A stretch of DNA of 38,675 nt from a virus (taxonomy: Duplodnaviria > Heunggongvirae > Uroviricota > Caudoviricetes), in the IMG/VR virus record IMGVR_UViG_2563366911_000004, one strand, 5' to 3'. The translations under genes and the position numbers were made by a program. Position 1 is the first letter of the stretch. Each line of letters begins with the position of its first letter. The notes under the pieces were generated by a model. The model was not told the origin of the DNA. It worked only from the letters and a program-made list of their open reading frames with translations, and made no database searches. Of the stretch, positions 37,380 through 38,675 are shown piece by piece.

Positions 37380-38675
37380 ATGAGAGAAGTTGAAATGAAA
37401 TATCCGACAGGCGTGGAAAACCATGGAGGGAAATTACGTATCTGGTTTGTTTATAAAGGCGTAAGAGTCAGGGAAAATCTGGGGGTTCCTGACACAGCAA
37501 AAAACAGGCGCGTTGCAGGTGAACTACGCTCCTCTGTTTGTTACGCAATAAAAACTGGTGTTTTCGACTATGCAAAACAGTTTCCCTCCTCACGCAATCT
37601 GGAAAAATTTGGTGAGGCCCGACAAGATTTAACCATAAAAGAACTGGCTGAAAAATTTCTGGCACTGAAAGAAACTGAAGTCGCCAAAACATCACTCAAC
37701 ACATACCGTGCCGTCATCAAAAATATCCTGAGCATAATCGGTGAAAAAAATCTTGCCTCATCGATTAATAAAGAAAAATTACTGGAGGTTCGTAAAGAGC
37801 TACTGACTGGATACCAGATCCCCAAAAGTAACTATATTGTTACACAACCAGGGAGATCGGCTGTAACTGTAAATAATTACATGACAAATCTTAACGCCGT
37901 GTTCCAGTTTGGTGTTGATAACGGTTACCTGGCAGATAACCCGTTTAAGGGGATCTCGCCATTAAAGGAATCAAGAACCATTCCGGATCCTCTTTCGCGG
38001 GAGGAATTCATCCGTCTTATCGATGCGTGCAGAAATCAGCAAGCAAAAAATTTATGGTGTGTTTCTGTTTATACTGGCGTTCGCCCTGGTGAGCTGTGTG
38101 CACTTGGATGGGAGGACATAGATCTGAAAAATGGAACAATGATGATCAGGAGAAATTTAGCAAAAGACCGTTTCACGGTACCAAAAACACAGGCGGGAAC
38201 CAATCGGGTCATTCATCTTATTAAGCCAGCAATCGACGCTCTCCGGAGTCAGATGACATTAACGAGACTGAGCAAAGAGCATATCATTGATGTTCACCTC
38301 AGAGAGTATGGCAGAACAGAAAAACAAAAATGCACCTTTGTTTTTCAACCTGAAGTGTCAGCGAGAGTAAAAAATTATGGTGACCATTTTACCGTTGACT
38401 CAATAAGGCAGATGTGGGACGCAGCGATAAAACGTGCCGGACTCCGCCATCGAAAATCATATCAGTCGAGACATACTTATGCCTGCTGGTCGCTGACAGC
38501 TGGTGCTAACCCGGCATTTATAGCAAACCAGATGGGCCATGCAGATGCGCAAATGGTATTTCAGGTATACGGAAAATGGATGTCTGACAACAATAATGCA
38601 CAGGTAGCTTTGTTAAATACACAGTTAAGCGAGTTTGCCCCAACCATGCCCCATAACGAAGCAATGAAAAATTAA
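37380..38675 (+). CDS. Tyrosine integrase (lambda Int family)
   Basis: Catalytic-domain signature ...RHRKSYQSRHTYACWSL...GHADAQMVFQVYGKW...; probable start ATG 37395 (MKYPTGVENHGGKLRIW...). Transcribed toward the right edge of the window, so the attachment site should lie just beyond 38675. Confidence 0.9.
   Translation: MREVEMKYPTGVENHGGKLRIWFVYKGVRVRENLGVPDTAKNRRVAGELRSSVCYAIKTGVFDYAKQFPSSRNLEKFGEARQDLTIKELAEKFLALKETEVAKTSLNTYRAVIKNILSIIGEKNLASSINKEKLLEVRKELLTGYQIPKSNYIVTQPGRSAVTVNNYMTNLNAVFQFGVDNGYLADNPFKGISPLKESRTIPDPLSREEFIRLIDACRNQQAKNLWCVSVYTGVRPGELCALGWEDIDLKNGTMMIRRNLAKDRFTVPKTQAGTNRVIHLIKPAIDALRSQMTLTRLSKEHIIDVHLREYGRTEKQKCTFVFQPEVSARVKNYGDHFTVDSIRQMWDAAIKRAGLRHRKSYQSRHTYACWSLTAGANPAFIANQMGHADAQMVFQVYGKWMSDNNNAQVALLNTQLSEFAPTMPHNEAMKN

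Noticed and set aside
37468-37825. Minus-strand ORFs inside the integrase gene
   Set aside because: Antisense to a well-supported integrase ORF.

Overview
The window is essentially one lambdoid prophage, closely related in gene content to the E. coli Qin (Kim) prophage but far more complete, lying inverted relative to the lambda map. All protein and RNA identifications are from my own reading and recollection of the lambda and K-12 Qin sequences; no database search was run. From right to left: integrase and excisionase (37.1-38.7 kb, + strand); an early-left region with a large 823-aa protein carrying a C-terminal DEDDh exonuclease domain, ydfD, dicB, the DicF sRNA, ydfA and dicA (32.3-37.0 kb, +); then on the minus strand dicC, a replication module with an O-like initiator containing five 23-bp-phased iterons, an accessory island (IS10 with intact 9-bp target duplication, plus an AT-rich FRG-domain gene on the + strand), hokD, a Rem-like gene, a DUF968 gene, antiterminator Q with a candidate late promoter and terminator, cspF/cspB, a lysis cassette (S21-type holin with dual start, SAR endolysin, embedded Rz/Rz1), cspI, gnsB, ydfO, a candidate cos region, terminase small and large subunits, W, portal, a ClpP-protease/major-capsid fusion, and the complete lambda-like tail module Z-U-V-G/T-H-M-L-K-I-J, with J running off the left edge. 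The best candidate for an undescribed function is the FRG-domain moron at 27165-28499. No tRNA, rRNA or CRISPR array was found. ORF-track starts sometimes use GTG/TTG or upstream in-frame codons, so probable true starts are given in the evidence where I could judge them.
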